A DNA stretch of 64,000 nt from Salisapilia sapeloensis CBS 127946 (lineage: Eukaryota; Protista; Oomycota), in the NCBI GenBank assembly GCA_023334545.1, contig JAADVB010000013.1, forward strand, positions 75,863 through 139,862, in the 5' to 3' direction. The notes under the pieces were generated by a model, which was not told the DNA's origin, did no database searches, and worked only from the letters and a program-made list of their open reading frames with translations. Of the stretch, positions 11,593-23,571 are shown in pieces; position 1 is the first letter of the stretch; each line of letters begins with the position of its first letter. A program made the position numbers and the translations under genes.

Positions 11593-14500
11593 ATGAGCAT
11601 GACGGAGCTCGCGTCGTTCGATGGGCTAGAAGACAACTTGGTGGCGATATTTAAACAGTTGGAACGTGCCAACGTTGAAAACGAGTCATCTGGACTTGAT
11701 ATGGAGCTTTTGGATGCTGGAGAAAGTATGGTTCCAGAGATGACGATTTCGAATGTCGTCACGAAATGGGTACACAACCTTCGGCATGCTTTTTATGGCA
11801 AAGGAGTGCCGAAGAAGAACAGCGGTGGCCGCTTCCTACAGCTAGAAGAGGTTGTAATGTCCGCATTTGACCGGATTGGTCATGATGACAACGTGTGGAA
11901 TTTCGCGGTAGAACTATTCTTGCACCTTGTCCAGCATGACAAAGTTCAGAATGCTTCTGGTCATTTGAATTCGGAAAACGATAGACATCCAAAGGAGAAG
12001 GTTGACTCAGCGAATAAAAAAACGCTAACACGGAAGCAAAAGAAGAAAGAAAAAGCTGCTCGACCGAACGCGCCACTCATTTTCGTCGTTTTAAATGCAC
12101 TGAAGAATTTGCATGAGAGGAGAAGTGTTGACAAAAGTATTGAAGGTAGCAAAGGAAATGAAAGCAGTGTAAAGCTATTGGACTTCTGCAGACAATCACT
12201 TGAAGATCCAGTGTCATCGAACGACAAAATGGTGGTGGAAATCCTGGAGCTATTTCAGCAAGACGACATTACTGTCAGTACACTCCATGCCTTTGCCTCT
12301 CATTTAATTCTTAATCGCAGTTTCTCGTCTCTTATTCGACTATACTCTGCATTTCCCGAAGCTGGATGGGATTATAGAGCAAGTCTGAATTCGATTGCAC
12401 TGGAGAGAGATTGGGGATCTGCAGAGTTATTTGCATCTACGTTTGAAGAGAAAGAAACAAGAGACTTAACAAAGCTTTTGGTGGAACAAGCGCTAGAGCT
12501 TTCCGAATACAAACGTGCGCATCGAATTGTACATAGCAGAGATCTGCGTGCAGAGTTTCCAGATGTAGACATGCTGTATAATCGCGACAGTTTAGCTCGA
12601 CTTATGCATCGAAGACAGTGGCAGCTTGCTACATCGTTCGTTGGAAATGACAAAGCACTCCAAGAGGTCCTACTAGAAGGTATGGCACGAGCAGGTGAAC
12701 AGGAGAAAGCAGTGGAGCTTGCTGAAGAGTTTGGAATGAAGAATTTTCGTCCAGCTCATTATCATGTGGATAAAAATTTGACGAGTGAAACGATCCCATC
12801 GGAATTTCTACCTTTTGAGCTAGATATCGAGCGTGATGTCTTCTTTTGTGATTCCGAAGACGCCGTTCGAATAGCTTACGAGTACATTTTCACACCAAAA
12901 GGAGTGGATGGAAGTACGCAAAAGTGCTGGAAAGCTGGAGACAACGTCGTAGGCCTAGATGTGGAATGGAAGCCTACGATTGGAAAAGATCCCAATGGTA
13001 GAACTCGACTTGGTACTAAACGACCAGCAAGTATTCTCCAAATTGCAGTGAAGTCCAGGGTGTTTATTGTGGATCTTCTTGCGCTTCATGTAAGTTAAAA
13101 TACGCTTGGAAAATATTGGTTTCATGCATACTAATAAAAGTGCTATATGGTCATAGGAGAACGACTATTTACTGGATACGTTCCTACTGGACTTGTTTGT
13201 ATCATCAGAATTGCTGAAGGTTGGCTTCGGGTTTAAATCCGACCTCCAAAGTATGTTGTGCTATACTCATCAATTGGGAAAGTCGTGTACTTACAACCAT
13301 TCTTATAGTGCTTCGTCGTACTTTTCCAGAGAGAAAGTCGTTTGCCTGCATCAAGCCATTCTTGGAGGTATTCGTTTTTATCATAGCAAACTGATTCTAG
13401 GTTAAGACAAAGCTGCGATAATGTTGTAGTTCAGCGCGGTGTCTGGCGCTGCAAAAAGTTTGTCCAAGGCCACATCAAAGTTCCTAGGCAAGCCTCTTGA
13501 CAAAGTAAATGCCTTTCGATTCACGCCTTCGTATAGTCTAATACCACCTTTCGTCTACTAGGAAATGCAGACCTCCAATTGGGAAGCTCGACCACTGCGA
13601 AAGGATCAGCTTCGGTACGCAGCGATGGATGCTTTCAGCCTTGTGCAAATGACCAGAGAAATGTACGTCTCTGATAGACTTTTCAAAGCTCTATTTTATC
13701 GCTTAATTATAATGTCACTAGTGGATACGAACGCATTGGCTGTGATGTGACATGGGAAGACTTGATTTCTTGTATACATGAAATTTCCTACTCTAGTCGC
13801 ATATCTGAAGACGAAGTTCAGAAGGCTGTTCGTAAAAGGCGAGAGTACCAAACGTTGTGGGCAAAAGGGATGGACACGGATTATACTTTACAATCGCGCG
13901 ATATACGAATGCTGAACACATCTGATGTGGTTCAGTATTGGAAAGATGAGAGTGAAAGAGCCAAAGATAATTCTCAAACGGATGCACAACTGCCATCAGA
14001 TGCTGTCATTGACTGGAGTATACAAGTGCTACCTACAAGTGACCTTCATGAATTTACTACTGATGGCAAGACACCGGCCGGACATTCAGCTGTACTTATC
14101 AACAGCATTTGCTTTTTCGCAGGAGGTAAGAGCTTTGGTATTGATATGCTTATCTCTAGTTTAACGAATTTTATCGATAGACCAACCTTACGTGGCATGC
14201 TTGGAAGCTGGATCAAAGCTGGACATGGCATCCATTTCCCGCATATGTGGCGTCGGGAGACGGAAGGTTAAACTGGCGACGGCTTTACAGTGTGAATCTA
14301 CATTCGGTGCACCACCCGGAACCATACCACCTTTTGGCCATCGACCACAAGAAGAGCTTGCAGACGACGCATCGAAATCGCCCCAGTCGATTCCAATCTT
14401 TGTGGACGAGCAGTTGACAAACTTTGAGTATGCTGTAGGTGGCTCTAGTAGCAACGAAAGACTACTAGTGTTCAGCATGTTGGCATTCATGAAGCTTATG

Positions 14501-15133
14501 AGTATCCAGTACGTCGGTCCTATTTCAACTGCTTCTGTTGCTCGAGCAAGCCAGGTGAGCACTAAGCCATCCGTTATTAACGCTGACGGATCGGAACAAT
14601 CGAAAAAGTATCGCTTTATTGCTGATTCGATGGTCACTCGTGTCGGTCGCTGGTTACGTACGGTCGGCCTTGATGTCCTTTTTTGGGAAACAATGCCGCA
14701 GTCTTCACATACCGCTGGCATGAAAGATCGAAAGCAAGCTTTGTTGCAAGTGGCTGACCAAGAGGGAAGGATCTTGCTTACACGGGACAAAAAGCTTGTG
14801 GATAGGCGAGACGCTGGGGCATGTTTTCTGTTTTCAAATGACGACCCATACGAGCAAATCCAGCAGTTGCGTCGTCACTTTGGCCTAGAGTTGGATGCAA
14901 GTGAAATTATGACACGATGTGCCAAGTGCAATGCCAAAGCACTCGCCCGCGTCGATAAAAATTATGTGAGAACGCAGACTGGTCTGGTGGCTGAGAAGGT
15001 TTTAAACAGAGTCGACGAGTTTTGGATCTGCCAGGAATGTGACAAGATCTACTGGGAAGGTCCCAAATACAGCTCGACATATGCGAATATGCAAAAAATC
15101 TTCAACGGCGAGCGTGTGGACTTGAGCGATTAA
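11593..15133 (+). CDS. EXD3/Mut-7-like DEDDy 3'-5' exonuclease fused to a YbaK/ProX-like domain and a Mut7-C domain (7 exons)
   Basis: Six GT-AG introns (13090-13156, 13251-13308, 13368-13429, 13505-13561, 13663-13721, 14126-14180) keep the frame. Exonuclease motifs: ExoI GLDVEW, ExoII FKSDLQ, ExoIII YAAMDA. YbaK-like segment contains GAPPGTIPPFGH. Mut7-C contains FIADSM..RWLR..GLD, LLTRD, RCAKCN and CQECDKIYWEG. Confidence 0.88.
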
Positions 15134-15367
15134 GGTACCTACTGAAGGACAAGGTCGGATGAAGAGTGCTCAAAGCATTGTAAAGCTCTGGACATAAATC
15201 CTATGAACATGAAAAGATTTGGAAATGGTAACCTACATTTATCTTTGTGGAAGGTAATCGTTTCACAAGTTGAGAGAAAAGGTCGCTCGGTAGTTTCAAA
15301 CTCATTTTTGCTGCTCGCTCTGACGGATCATTCGACCTCAAGAGCTAACCTCCGTGCTCTATCGTTC

Positions 15368-17473
15368 ATGTCTGACATTCGAGAACTCAAACTACGCCGT
15401 GTGATCGGGTACAACGGTATGTTATTTTCTTTCTGCATGCAATAAATCGTACTCATTCGAACTCTCATTCTAGGTACTTATGGTGATACCCTCGTGTACA
15501 CGACCGATGGGCATTTTCTAGTCTATTCGCTAGGTCTTGCTGTCGTTGTGAAGCATCTGCGGTCTGGTGCCCAGATCTTTCTCCGCGGACACTCGGACAT
15601 TATCACATGTCTTGCCATATCTAATGATGGAACCCGTCTAGCCACTGGTCAGCTATGTAAGAGCCGTGGTAACAAGGCTCCTGTGCTTGTATGGGACTTG
15701 GAGAGAGCCACGCAGCATTTGGTGGAAGGAAACAATAATAATGAAGTTCGCTCCTCTGGTCCAGCAGATTCCATCCTCTACCGACTCGTCCTCCACATGG
15801 GACGAGTGCAAGCGATATCATTTTCAGCTGAAGACTCTTACCTCTTTACTGTCGGTGGACAGGACGACAATGCTCTTGTGTGCTGGGATATGCAGAATGG
15901 TGAACCAATATGTGGCACTCCATCCGGGGACGACTCGACGTTGGTGATCTCTTCCTTCCACAAGCGAGACAATGATACACTGCTCGTGACGGGAGGCAAC
16001 TACGCCATTACCGTTTGGCGTGTTGACATCAAGCATCGCAAGTTCCATTCATTGAAAGCAAACGTCGGTAATTTGCGCAGGATCACGACCTGCATCAGTG
16101 TATCCCCAGATGACCGTACAGCTTACTGCGGTACAAAGACTGGAGATCTGTTAGAGATCTTACTAGACTGCGACTTGACAAACTCAAACTGTGTCTTGCC
16201 TCCTGTTGGGACCCAAAAACCTCGTTATCATCGCACAACAAAGGAGAGATTTAGCCAAGGCGTGACATCCCTCCTCGTTCACGACGACGAAGATAACCAT
16301 CGCTTTCTACTTGTTGGCGCCGGCGATGGGACATTGGCAACACTTCGAATCGGCAGTATAAAGTCTGAGCATCCAAAATCAACGCCAATTCCGACTCATA
16401 GCGCCGATAAACTTGCCGGAAGCATAACTTCTATCTCTGAAGGCAAGCACGGAGATTTTTATGCCGGTACAAATCAATCGAACATGTACCAATTCCAACT
16501 TGTCGATCGCGGTGTCAAGCTTTCTTTGCGGTCGACTTGCCACTACACAAGCATCAATGATGTCGTGTTTCCATGCAGTCCTGATCGTGCTGAACGTGAA
16601 AATGCACAACTGTTCTTGACGGCAGCCAAGACGGACATTCGGGTTTGGAATGCGGCGAAAAGTCAAGAGATTCTTCGTATTCAAGTGCCCAATCTCGTGT
16701 GCAACTGCCTTGAACTAACTCCTGACGGAGGTGTAATTGTAAGTGGATGGGACGACGGAAAAGTTCGAGCATTTTACCCTGAAAGTGGGAAGCTACGCTT
16801 TGTCATCCAAGATGCTCATAATGATGGAGTGACTGCTGTTGCAGTGTGCGCATCAGACTTTGAGTACGACAGTCGTGAATGGCGGCTTGTGACCGGAGGT
16901 GGTGACGGTCGAGTGCGTGTTTGGCGTATATCCGCAGCGCGACAGACGATGGAAGCATCTTTAAAGGAACACCGTGGTGCTGTTAATTCTATCCAGGTGG
17001 TCCGAGACGGCAGTGCTTGTGTAAGTGCTTCCTCTGATGGGTCTTGCATCGTCTGGAACCTCGAGACATTCGTGCGTACACAAGCAATGTTCGCTTCCAC
17101 TGTTTTCCGTCAAACACTGTATCACCCGGACGAAAGCCAGCTTATCACATGCGGTTCTGACCGCCGGCTCACCTACTTTGATGCTTTCGATGGAGAAGCT
17201 ATTCGTCTCCTAGAAGAAGCGTCCGAGACAGAGTTACTAGCGATGGACATCGAAAAGAGCGGATCGTTTTTCGCTACTGGAGCGAGAGATGGCGCTCTAA
17301 AGCTATGGCACTACGACAATGGCGAGCCGATTGCAGTCGGAAGAGGACACAGCGAAGCCATCAATGCGGTAAAGATATCTCCAGACCGACGTGAAATCGT
17401 CACCGTTGGCGCAGAAGGAGCTGTGATGGTGTGGGAGATGGACGAGGTAGCGATGAAGCAATTAAACGAGTGA
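15368..17473 (+). CDS. CFAP52: Cilia- and flagella-associated protein 52 (WDR16), WD40 repeat protein
   Basis: Short first exon MSDIRELKLRRVIGYNG (15368-15416), then intron 15417-15473, in frame with the 659-aa ORF. WD40 repeats and CFAP52-like strings IQVPNLVCNC, SGWDDGKVRAFYPESGKL and TCGSDRRLTYFD are present. Confidence 0.88.
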
Positions 17474-17626
17474 AGACAGCCTAAAGTCTTAATAGAAACG
17501 CTACTTGATTGAAATGTAACGACCATCACATCCGTTCGGACTCTCCAGCGACTTGGCTAACTGCATCGAGCCATCCTTATAATATATTTGAACACTCATG
17601 TCCACTTTCACGTACGTTGATAAGAG

Positions 17627-20104
17627 CTAAACACCCCACACTTCCAGGATATTGTTCCCTGTATCCGTCGCATGTCCAGACCATGCAGCAGCTGATTCTT
17701 CTCCAGACGATTCATTCGATACCACTCCAGTCGGTGGTTCTCTCGGTGGAGAGACTGGAGTCGGCGCTGTCTCCAACGCGACGGGTTCAAAGTTCTCATT
17801 CCCTAGTTTCAGTAGTACTTTCATGGCATCGTCTGCAGCTATGGCATACGCCTTGACTTTATCCTTGGAGCTCCCATGACCAAGTTCGATCTTGCCAACA
17901 GCAAAGATCCAGTGATGGAACCAATCTCCTTGCCAATAGTACACTTCGAGTGCACCCCGCAACTCGGACTTGGCTTTGAGTCGAGACCAGATGCCTAAGA
18001 ACGATTCACCTAGAAGCATAAACTCTCCTCTAGCCTTCAGCGTTCGATCTGTTTCCCTGGCATCGTCGATAAGTGTCTTCCACATCCGAGATATCGTGAG
18101 CACTTCGACTAACAAGCGATGGTACAAGATCGAGACGTTTGGAGTCGGATTGGACACATCAAGCCAATCCCGGCCGTCTACCACAATGCGTGCAGACGTA
18201 CCTTCGACTTTGACATCCACGCGCTCACCTAACGCTTCCTTGACTCTATTCGCGTACTCTGTATAAAACCGAAGCTTTCGTCCCTTCTTCACTTTATTTT
18301 CGACTGCTGCGAGTTTCGCAGGAAGCTCACACGCTGCCTTTTGCAATATATAAAACATACTATTATCCTGCATGGTAAAAGAGGGCCAGTCGATATGTAA
18401 AGACTCTTCCGCTTGCTCCACGGGCGCACTTCTCACAAAGACCGGCGTATGCGACGGAGTCCACTTTGGCTCTGAAAGCTTCGAACCTGGTTTCGGCGGT
18501 AGTTTACTGTAGTCTTTGTGAATACCACCGTATACCTCACAAGCCTTTGGAGGATGACTCTTCGTGTCTGCGTACTTTTTGTATTCGTAATTCTTGTCTC
18601 CAGAAGACTTCGACGCTGGAGTGTTTGTCGGACGTTGGTCTCCTCGCGAATAACTGCACCTATCGTAGTTTCCGTAGTCTTGAGACGGACGTCCGTACGG
18701 AAGTGGCCGGACTGGTGAATCATAAGCTGGACAGTCCCAACCAGGTGGATTGTATGCTCGAGGCGGAGAATAATACTTTGATTGGCTGTAGCCTCGAGGT
18801 GGAGGAGATCGATTATGTGGATTAAATGGAGGCGAAGGTGGTGGTCCGGTAGGTGAATAATAAGCACGTGGAGTCCGATTACCTGAGTTGTATCCAGAGG
18901 GCTGGTAGGGACTAGTAGATGGATTGTAGGTTCGAGATGGTGGCGGATCGGATGGATAGCTCGGACGAGGCGTTGATCGCTGCGCTGATCCAGTGTTGCA
19001 GTTATCTGGAGGCTCATGCCAGTCCTCGTCATAGCTGTTCGATCTCTCCTCTGGCACCGTACGTGTAGCACTAGCTGGACCCGGGTGCTCATTCTGCGTA
19101 GGAGGAGTATAAAAGTTGTAGGAAGCTCCTTCGGCTGTCTTCTTGGACTGTACATAGTCATCGTGAGAAATACGCTGACGCTGCGACGGAATTGCCGAGG
19201 GGTGCACTAGCGGAGTTGGGGCAGTTGTTGACGTCTCACTCGATACGGTCCTGCGTACAGGATTCTGTTGTGATGCTGTTGGTGGTCGATAGGGCCTAGC
19301 TGCTGCCGGCGCTCGATTGACGGTGGACTGTGTCGGGATCGACGAGGAGTAATCGAGCGCCTGGGCTGCTGTACGATTGCCATTTTGGACATATCGGCCT
19401 CCTCCAGACCTATTCTGCCTGGATGTACCCAACGGAATCGGTTCATCCTGTCCTGTCGTCCGAAGCGATGGAATGTAGGTTCGTGAGGTGGCTGGAGAAG
19501 GCTTCGATCCATGAAGTGACATCGGATTCGTGGTACTGGACAAATTGATCCTTGCTCGTTTAGCTTCGAGTCTGGCAGCAGTAGATATAATAGACGATCC
19601 ACTACGAGAAGTACTATCGCTGTCGCCATGGAGAGAAAAAGTCTTGTCGGAGTCATTTCCACCAACTTGCTCATCTTCTAGATTTCGCATTCGCTTCGGT
19701 TGATACTTGTCAATACTTGGTCGTTTTCCTCCATTTTTACCCGTATCCCCATCATCTCCTGTTAGCGATGCTTGATTCCTCTTTTTCTTCTTTTTGCCAC
19801 TTAAGACTGAAGCTGAAACTGCCGCTGGTCTCTTTCGCTTCGGAATGGAGTATTCCGAATCTGACACGATGTCTTGCTCCATAGTTGCAGGCCATGCACC
19901 TGTATTTGATGAAGCGTGCGCCTGACAAGACAATAGAACACCGCGATAGAGCTGGCATTGAGGCTTATCCGGGCAGAATTTGAGTACCGAGTTTGGCAGA
20001 CCAGATCCACATAATGGGTTCTGGCAAAAGTTGGAAAAGCTTTGCTGTGTCTTCTTTCGTGTAGCCGTTGATTGCTTTGCCTTGGGTTTCCGGCCTCGTG
20101 CCAT
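17627..20104 (-). CDS. Hypothetical nuclear-type protein: basic NLS-like tracts, Cys motif, Pro/Ser/Tyr-rich low-complexity middle and a C-terminal dsRBD-like segment
   Basis: Long uninterrupted ORF; likely start MARGRKPK at 20104. Contains KKKKKR, FCQNPLC..FCPDKPQC, and IELGHGSSKDKVKAYAIAADDAMKVL, which resembles the dsRBD G-x-G-x-(S/T)KK-x-A-x3-AA motif. Confidence 0.6.
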   Translation of the reverse strand: MARGRKPKAKQSTATRKKTQQSFSNFCQNPLCGSGLPNSVLKFCPDKPQCQLYRGVLLSCQAHASSNTGAWPATMEQDIVSDSEYSIPKRKRPAAVSASVLSGKKKKKRNQASLTGDDGDTGKNGGKRPSIDKYQPKRMRNLEDEQVGGNDSDKTFSLHGDSDSTSRSGSSIISTAARLEAKRARINLSSTTNPMSLHGSKPSPATSRTYIPSLRTTGQDEPIPLGTSRQNRSGGGRYVQNGNRTAAQALDYSSSIPTQSTVNRAPAAARPYRPPTASQQNPVRRTVSSETSTTAPTPLVHPSAIPSQRQRISHDDYVQSKKTAEGASYNFYTPPTQNEHPGPASATRTVPEERSNSYDEDWHEPPDNCNTGSAQRSTPRPSYPSDPPPSRTYNPSTSPYQPSGYNSGNRTPRAYYSPTGPPPSPPFNPHNRSPPPRGYSQSKYYSPPRAYNPPGWDCPAYDSPVRPLPYGRPSQDYGNYDRCSYSRGDQRPTNTPASKSSGDKNYEYKKYADTKSHPPKACEVYGGIHKDYSKLPPKPGSKLSEPKWTPSHTPVFVRSAPVEQAEESLHIDWPSFTMQDNSMFYILQKAACELPAKLAAVENKVKKGRKLRFYTEYANRVKEALGERVDVKVEGTSARIVVDGRDWLDVSNPTPNVSILYHRLLVEVLTISRMWKTLIDDARETDRTLKARGEFMLLGESFLGIWSRLKAKSELRGALEVYYWQGDWFHHWIFAVGKIELGHGSSKDKVKAYAIAADDAMKVLLKLGNENFEPVALETAPTPVSPPREPPTGVVSNESSGEESAAAWSGHATDTGNNILEVWGV

Positions 20105-21186
20105 GATCGAGTCCGGTTTTTTCACACTTTTTAACTTGATGTTTGTGTCAGAATAATTGGACATATTGTATATTATACTATAGAAAGGTGACCAAAGGAG
20201 AGTTGTGGACACAAAAGAGTTTTTTTGCATTGATACTGTCCGGGTTGCTAGTTGTCTACAAGGAGTGTTCAGAACGAATGACAACATGGCCGTTGAGTTG
20301 GAAACAACGAAAGCGTGGTGACTTGTAGCTTCAACATTTCCATCTGATTTAGCAGCAGAAATGAGCACAACAATTGTAGGAACGCGTTTTAAAGGCTATC
20401 AGGGTCGCTTTTGAGGGTGCCGTGGCGCGTGCTTTTGCAGCAAATCCATAAAGATACGTTAAAATACGTTTAAATCATAAAGTTGAGCTGAGTTTGACGG
20501 AAAGCGCAGCTACAGGCTTGACAGGACAAGCAAATGTACAGCCATGCACATGCCATACGACAGAGCGCTTGTGTCCAAGCGCGCCATGCGATGCGGTAGT
20601 GCTCTATCTTCTCCCCACTTGTTAAATATAATGCTGCATGTAGTCGTTGAGAACGTACGCATAAGAGTGTACGAAACCAACGTGCATGTCTATTTTATCT
20701 TTCATACGCGCAAGTCTATGATGCTATCGAAGTATCTCTGCCCATATCCCTTCTCTCTAACGCAGCTTCCAATCTACAACTTCCGATCTTCTTTTTTCGT
20801 GCCAAAATCCGAATCGTGCGAGCTCGTTGTTACAACGAATACAGTTAGTCTCGAGGCATCAGACTGCGAAGGATGGTAGCAACTTAGAAACGTATCAGGA
20901 GCGACACACTCGGACGCCAATCATAAATCGTCATCAAGTGCGTTTTTCTGCCTCGGACGGTATAAAAGATGCGGTTGAAAAGACATGTGCACTGCAGTTC
21001 TATAGCAACTAGTGGCCACTTCTTCTCACTGACACAAAGAAACTAGCCTTTGGCGGCCGAATTGTATTTGCCTCTGCTTAAGTCACATAAGCTGCTCGCA
21101 TTTTCTTTCGATTGCCCACGCGTTGGGCACGGAGGCAGTTTACCATTAGCCAAGTTACCACAACGACAACGAACAGATTTCAATCA

Positions 21187-21627
21187 ATGCTTCAACCATT
21201 CATGCCATCACTACCGACCTTCCGAGCATCCATGGAAGATGTCAACAGCAATATGATTTGGGATGGAGCCAACACACCTACGACTTCTGTAAGGGCCAAC
21301 CTCGCCCCTCGTATGGACCTACAAGACTCGTCCTGGCGACGTGCTCCAGACATGAAGCGCCTTCGAGCCCGAGTCGCCATGACCATCGAGTACATGCTTC
21401 GCACCCATCGACCACACCAGGTCTTGACTGAGGTCCCTGAAAACATTAACTGGCGCACCAAGACTTTCCAAGTCGCGCTCAAAATCGAAGGACTCATGTT
21501 CCGATCGGCTACGTCGCGCGAGTCCTACGCGGACGAGCGGTCACTTCGCAGTCGAGTCCAAGCCTTATCTCGTCAGCTCGTTCGCATCCGGAAGCGCAAA
21601 AACGCCGTGCAACGTGCAACAGTCTAA
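21187..21627 (+). CDS. Small stand-alone KIX_2/Med15-like domain protein
   Basis: SWRRAPDMKRLRARVAMTIEYML...QVALKIEGLMFRSATSRESYAD matches the KIX_2 pattern WR...R..I...L...A..LE..LF..A.S...Y. Confidence 0.6.
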   Translation: MLQPFMPSLPTFRASMEDVNSNMIWDGANTPTTSVRANLAPRMDLQDSSWRRAPDMKRLRARVAMTIEYMLRTHRPHQVLTEVPENINWRTKTFQVALKIEGLMFRSATSRESYADERSLRSRVQALSRQLVRIRKRKNAVQRATV

Positions 21628-21900
21628 TCCATTCACTGAAAATCATGCCAAGGCATGGCTTTGCAAATCAATGGAAAAAGTAAAGAATCAGCGTGTTCCC
21701 TTAGCTCTCCTACCAAGAAGGAAACACACCTGAGTAATTTATATGCTTCCCGCTTTCTTGTAGTGTGGTCGTAGTCGACCTGTGTAGATTTCCTTAGGAC
21801 AAATCATTCCATTCTCCATATAAAAACAGAGTTCTTTCTAAAATTTCCATTCTTTTCCATCTTATATGTCTATGTTCTTGCGTGTCCATGTCATCTCCGT

Positions 21901-22875
21901 CTATTGTATGAATGCCACGGAGGTCAAAGTGAGGGCAATCGCGAGGAAGATTGAAGGGTACCCTGCTCCATCGTCACCGTCACCACCGTCGTTACCGACC
22001 ATTTCTTCCAAATGATCCAGACTAAATTTTAAATGACCGTCGCTTGTGGCGATACCAAAGTGCATTTCATAGTCCGGTAGGCCGTAGCCCTGACTGCGGT
22101 CGAACATCATGAAGTAGTATGATTCCGGCGTCGAGATATTCTCCGCCCACTTGGCGTAACTGTAAAAGTAGTCGCGCTCCGTGTCTTTATCAGGCTCGTT
22201 TCCCTCCGTTTTTTCACCGTCGCTTGGCCATCCTGTTTCTGTCACTCGGATCTTGTCACCAAACTTGGCATGCATCTGATCATACTGGGACTTGAAAATA
22301 TCGAATGGATCATCCTCGACATTTGTCCAAAACGAGTAGATGTTCACGCCAATGACGTCCACTTCGTCAACCAGTTTATCAATGTCTTCCACATCCAGCC
22401 ACTCCACCGTTCGCTGGACCGTACCAACGTTCACCTCAACTCCCACCGACTCCAGACAGTTCTTCATAGCTTTGATGTAACCAATGTACTTGTTTAACGA
22501 AATATGCCCAAAGTCTCCGTTTTCCAGGTCTTCATTGCCAACGTAGATGGCATCCACTGCTTCTGGGTTACGAGCAGCTCCTTCACATGCTGCTTTCATT
22601 TCTTCCTCAATTGCATCGTCATCGCCGTCCATGGAAATGCCAACCGCTACTTGTAACCCAGCTTCGGCTGCCGAGTCAATGACGTTGATACCGATGAAAG
22701 TAGCCGAGTACGTCCTGATCCGCGAGAATACAGTGAGCACTTTTTCATAGTCCTCTGCAAGCGTGGTGTTATCGACAGGATCGAGATGCCACGGACTATA
22801 GACGACGCCAGAATCGAGGTACTGGCCGGAAATACCCATGACCATAGTCAATAGCCATAGCAACTGGAACTGCAT
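21901..22875 (-). CDS. Secreted, probably GPI-anchored glycoside hydrolase family 17 (beta-1,3-glucanase/glucanosyltransferase)
   Basis: Signal peptide MQFQLLWLLTMVMGISG. Catalytic motifs IYVGNE and VTETGWPS. Also FMMFD and a hydrophobic C-terminal tail. Confidence 0.88.
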   Translation of the reverse strand: MQFQLLWLLTMVMGISGQYLDSGVVYSPWHLDPVDNTTLAEDYEKVLTVFSRIRTYSATFIGINVIDSAAEAGLQVAVGISMDGDDDAIEEEMKAACEGAARNPEAVDAIYVGNEDLENGDFGHISLNKYIGYIKAMKNCLESVGVEVNVGTVQRTVEWLDVEDIDKLVDEVDVIGVNIYSFWTNVEDDPFDIFKSQYDQMHAKFGDKIRVTETGWPSDGEKTEGNEPDKDTERDYFYSYAKWAENISTPESYYFMMFDRSQGYGLPDYEMHFGIATSDGHLKFSLDHLEEMVGNDGGDGDDGAGYPSIFLAIALTLTSVAFIQ

Positions 22876-23571
22876 CTTGCTGCGAGTGTCTTGCAAATTA
22901 ATAAATGAGCTCTGCATCACTTGATCATGGATCCTGATTTATTTACTAAAAATTCTTCACATGTACTCGATCTCCTCCGAGCTTTAACAACACCTCGAAC
23001 AGGACAAAAATGATGCAAAAGTGCATGTAAATTTTGCGGGAACCCTATGGATGTCAGTGAATGTAGCTTGTCATGAAGCTATTTTAGTCGCTTCAGATAA
23101 GATAAGAGGACAGAAAGTAAGATGTGAGGGAATGTGGTGCTTCAGGTGCTTTACCACCACATTATACTACTGATGGTGGCTTTGTCAGAAGCAACTTTTG
23201 CCGGGGTACTATTGCTCGTACATGTAAATCAGGGTCGTTTACTGATACGGTTGTATGATGGGTACAGGCGACGGGGAGTGCGAGGAAAGAGATGTGGAAG
23301 CGCCAATATCATTCGGTACACCCTGATACGTGATATCTTTGTAGAGCTCGGATTAATGATACCACGACAAACTGTAGCCCCGAGTTATAAAGCTAGATGA
23401 AGCTCAGCCACCTTCGCTCATCTCGCTTCCGAATGGCGATCAAATTCACGACATGTACATAAGCTCATGCAAAATTCCGATCGATTTAACATTAATTGAG
23501 CTTGGTGTAGAAATCGATTGTATCGAAGTCGATTCAAAAAGTCAGAGCAGCGAAACTCACACAAGTTTAAG

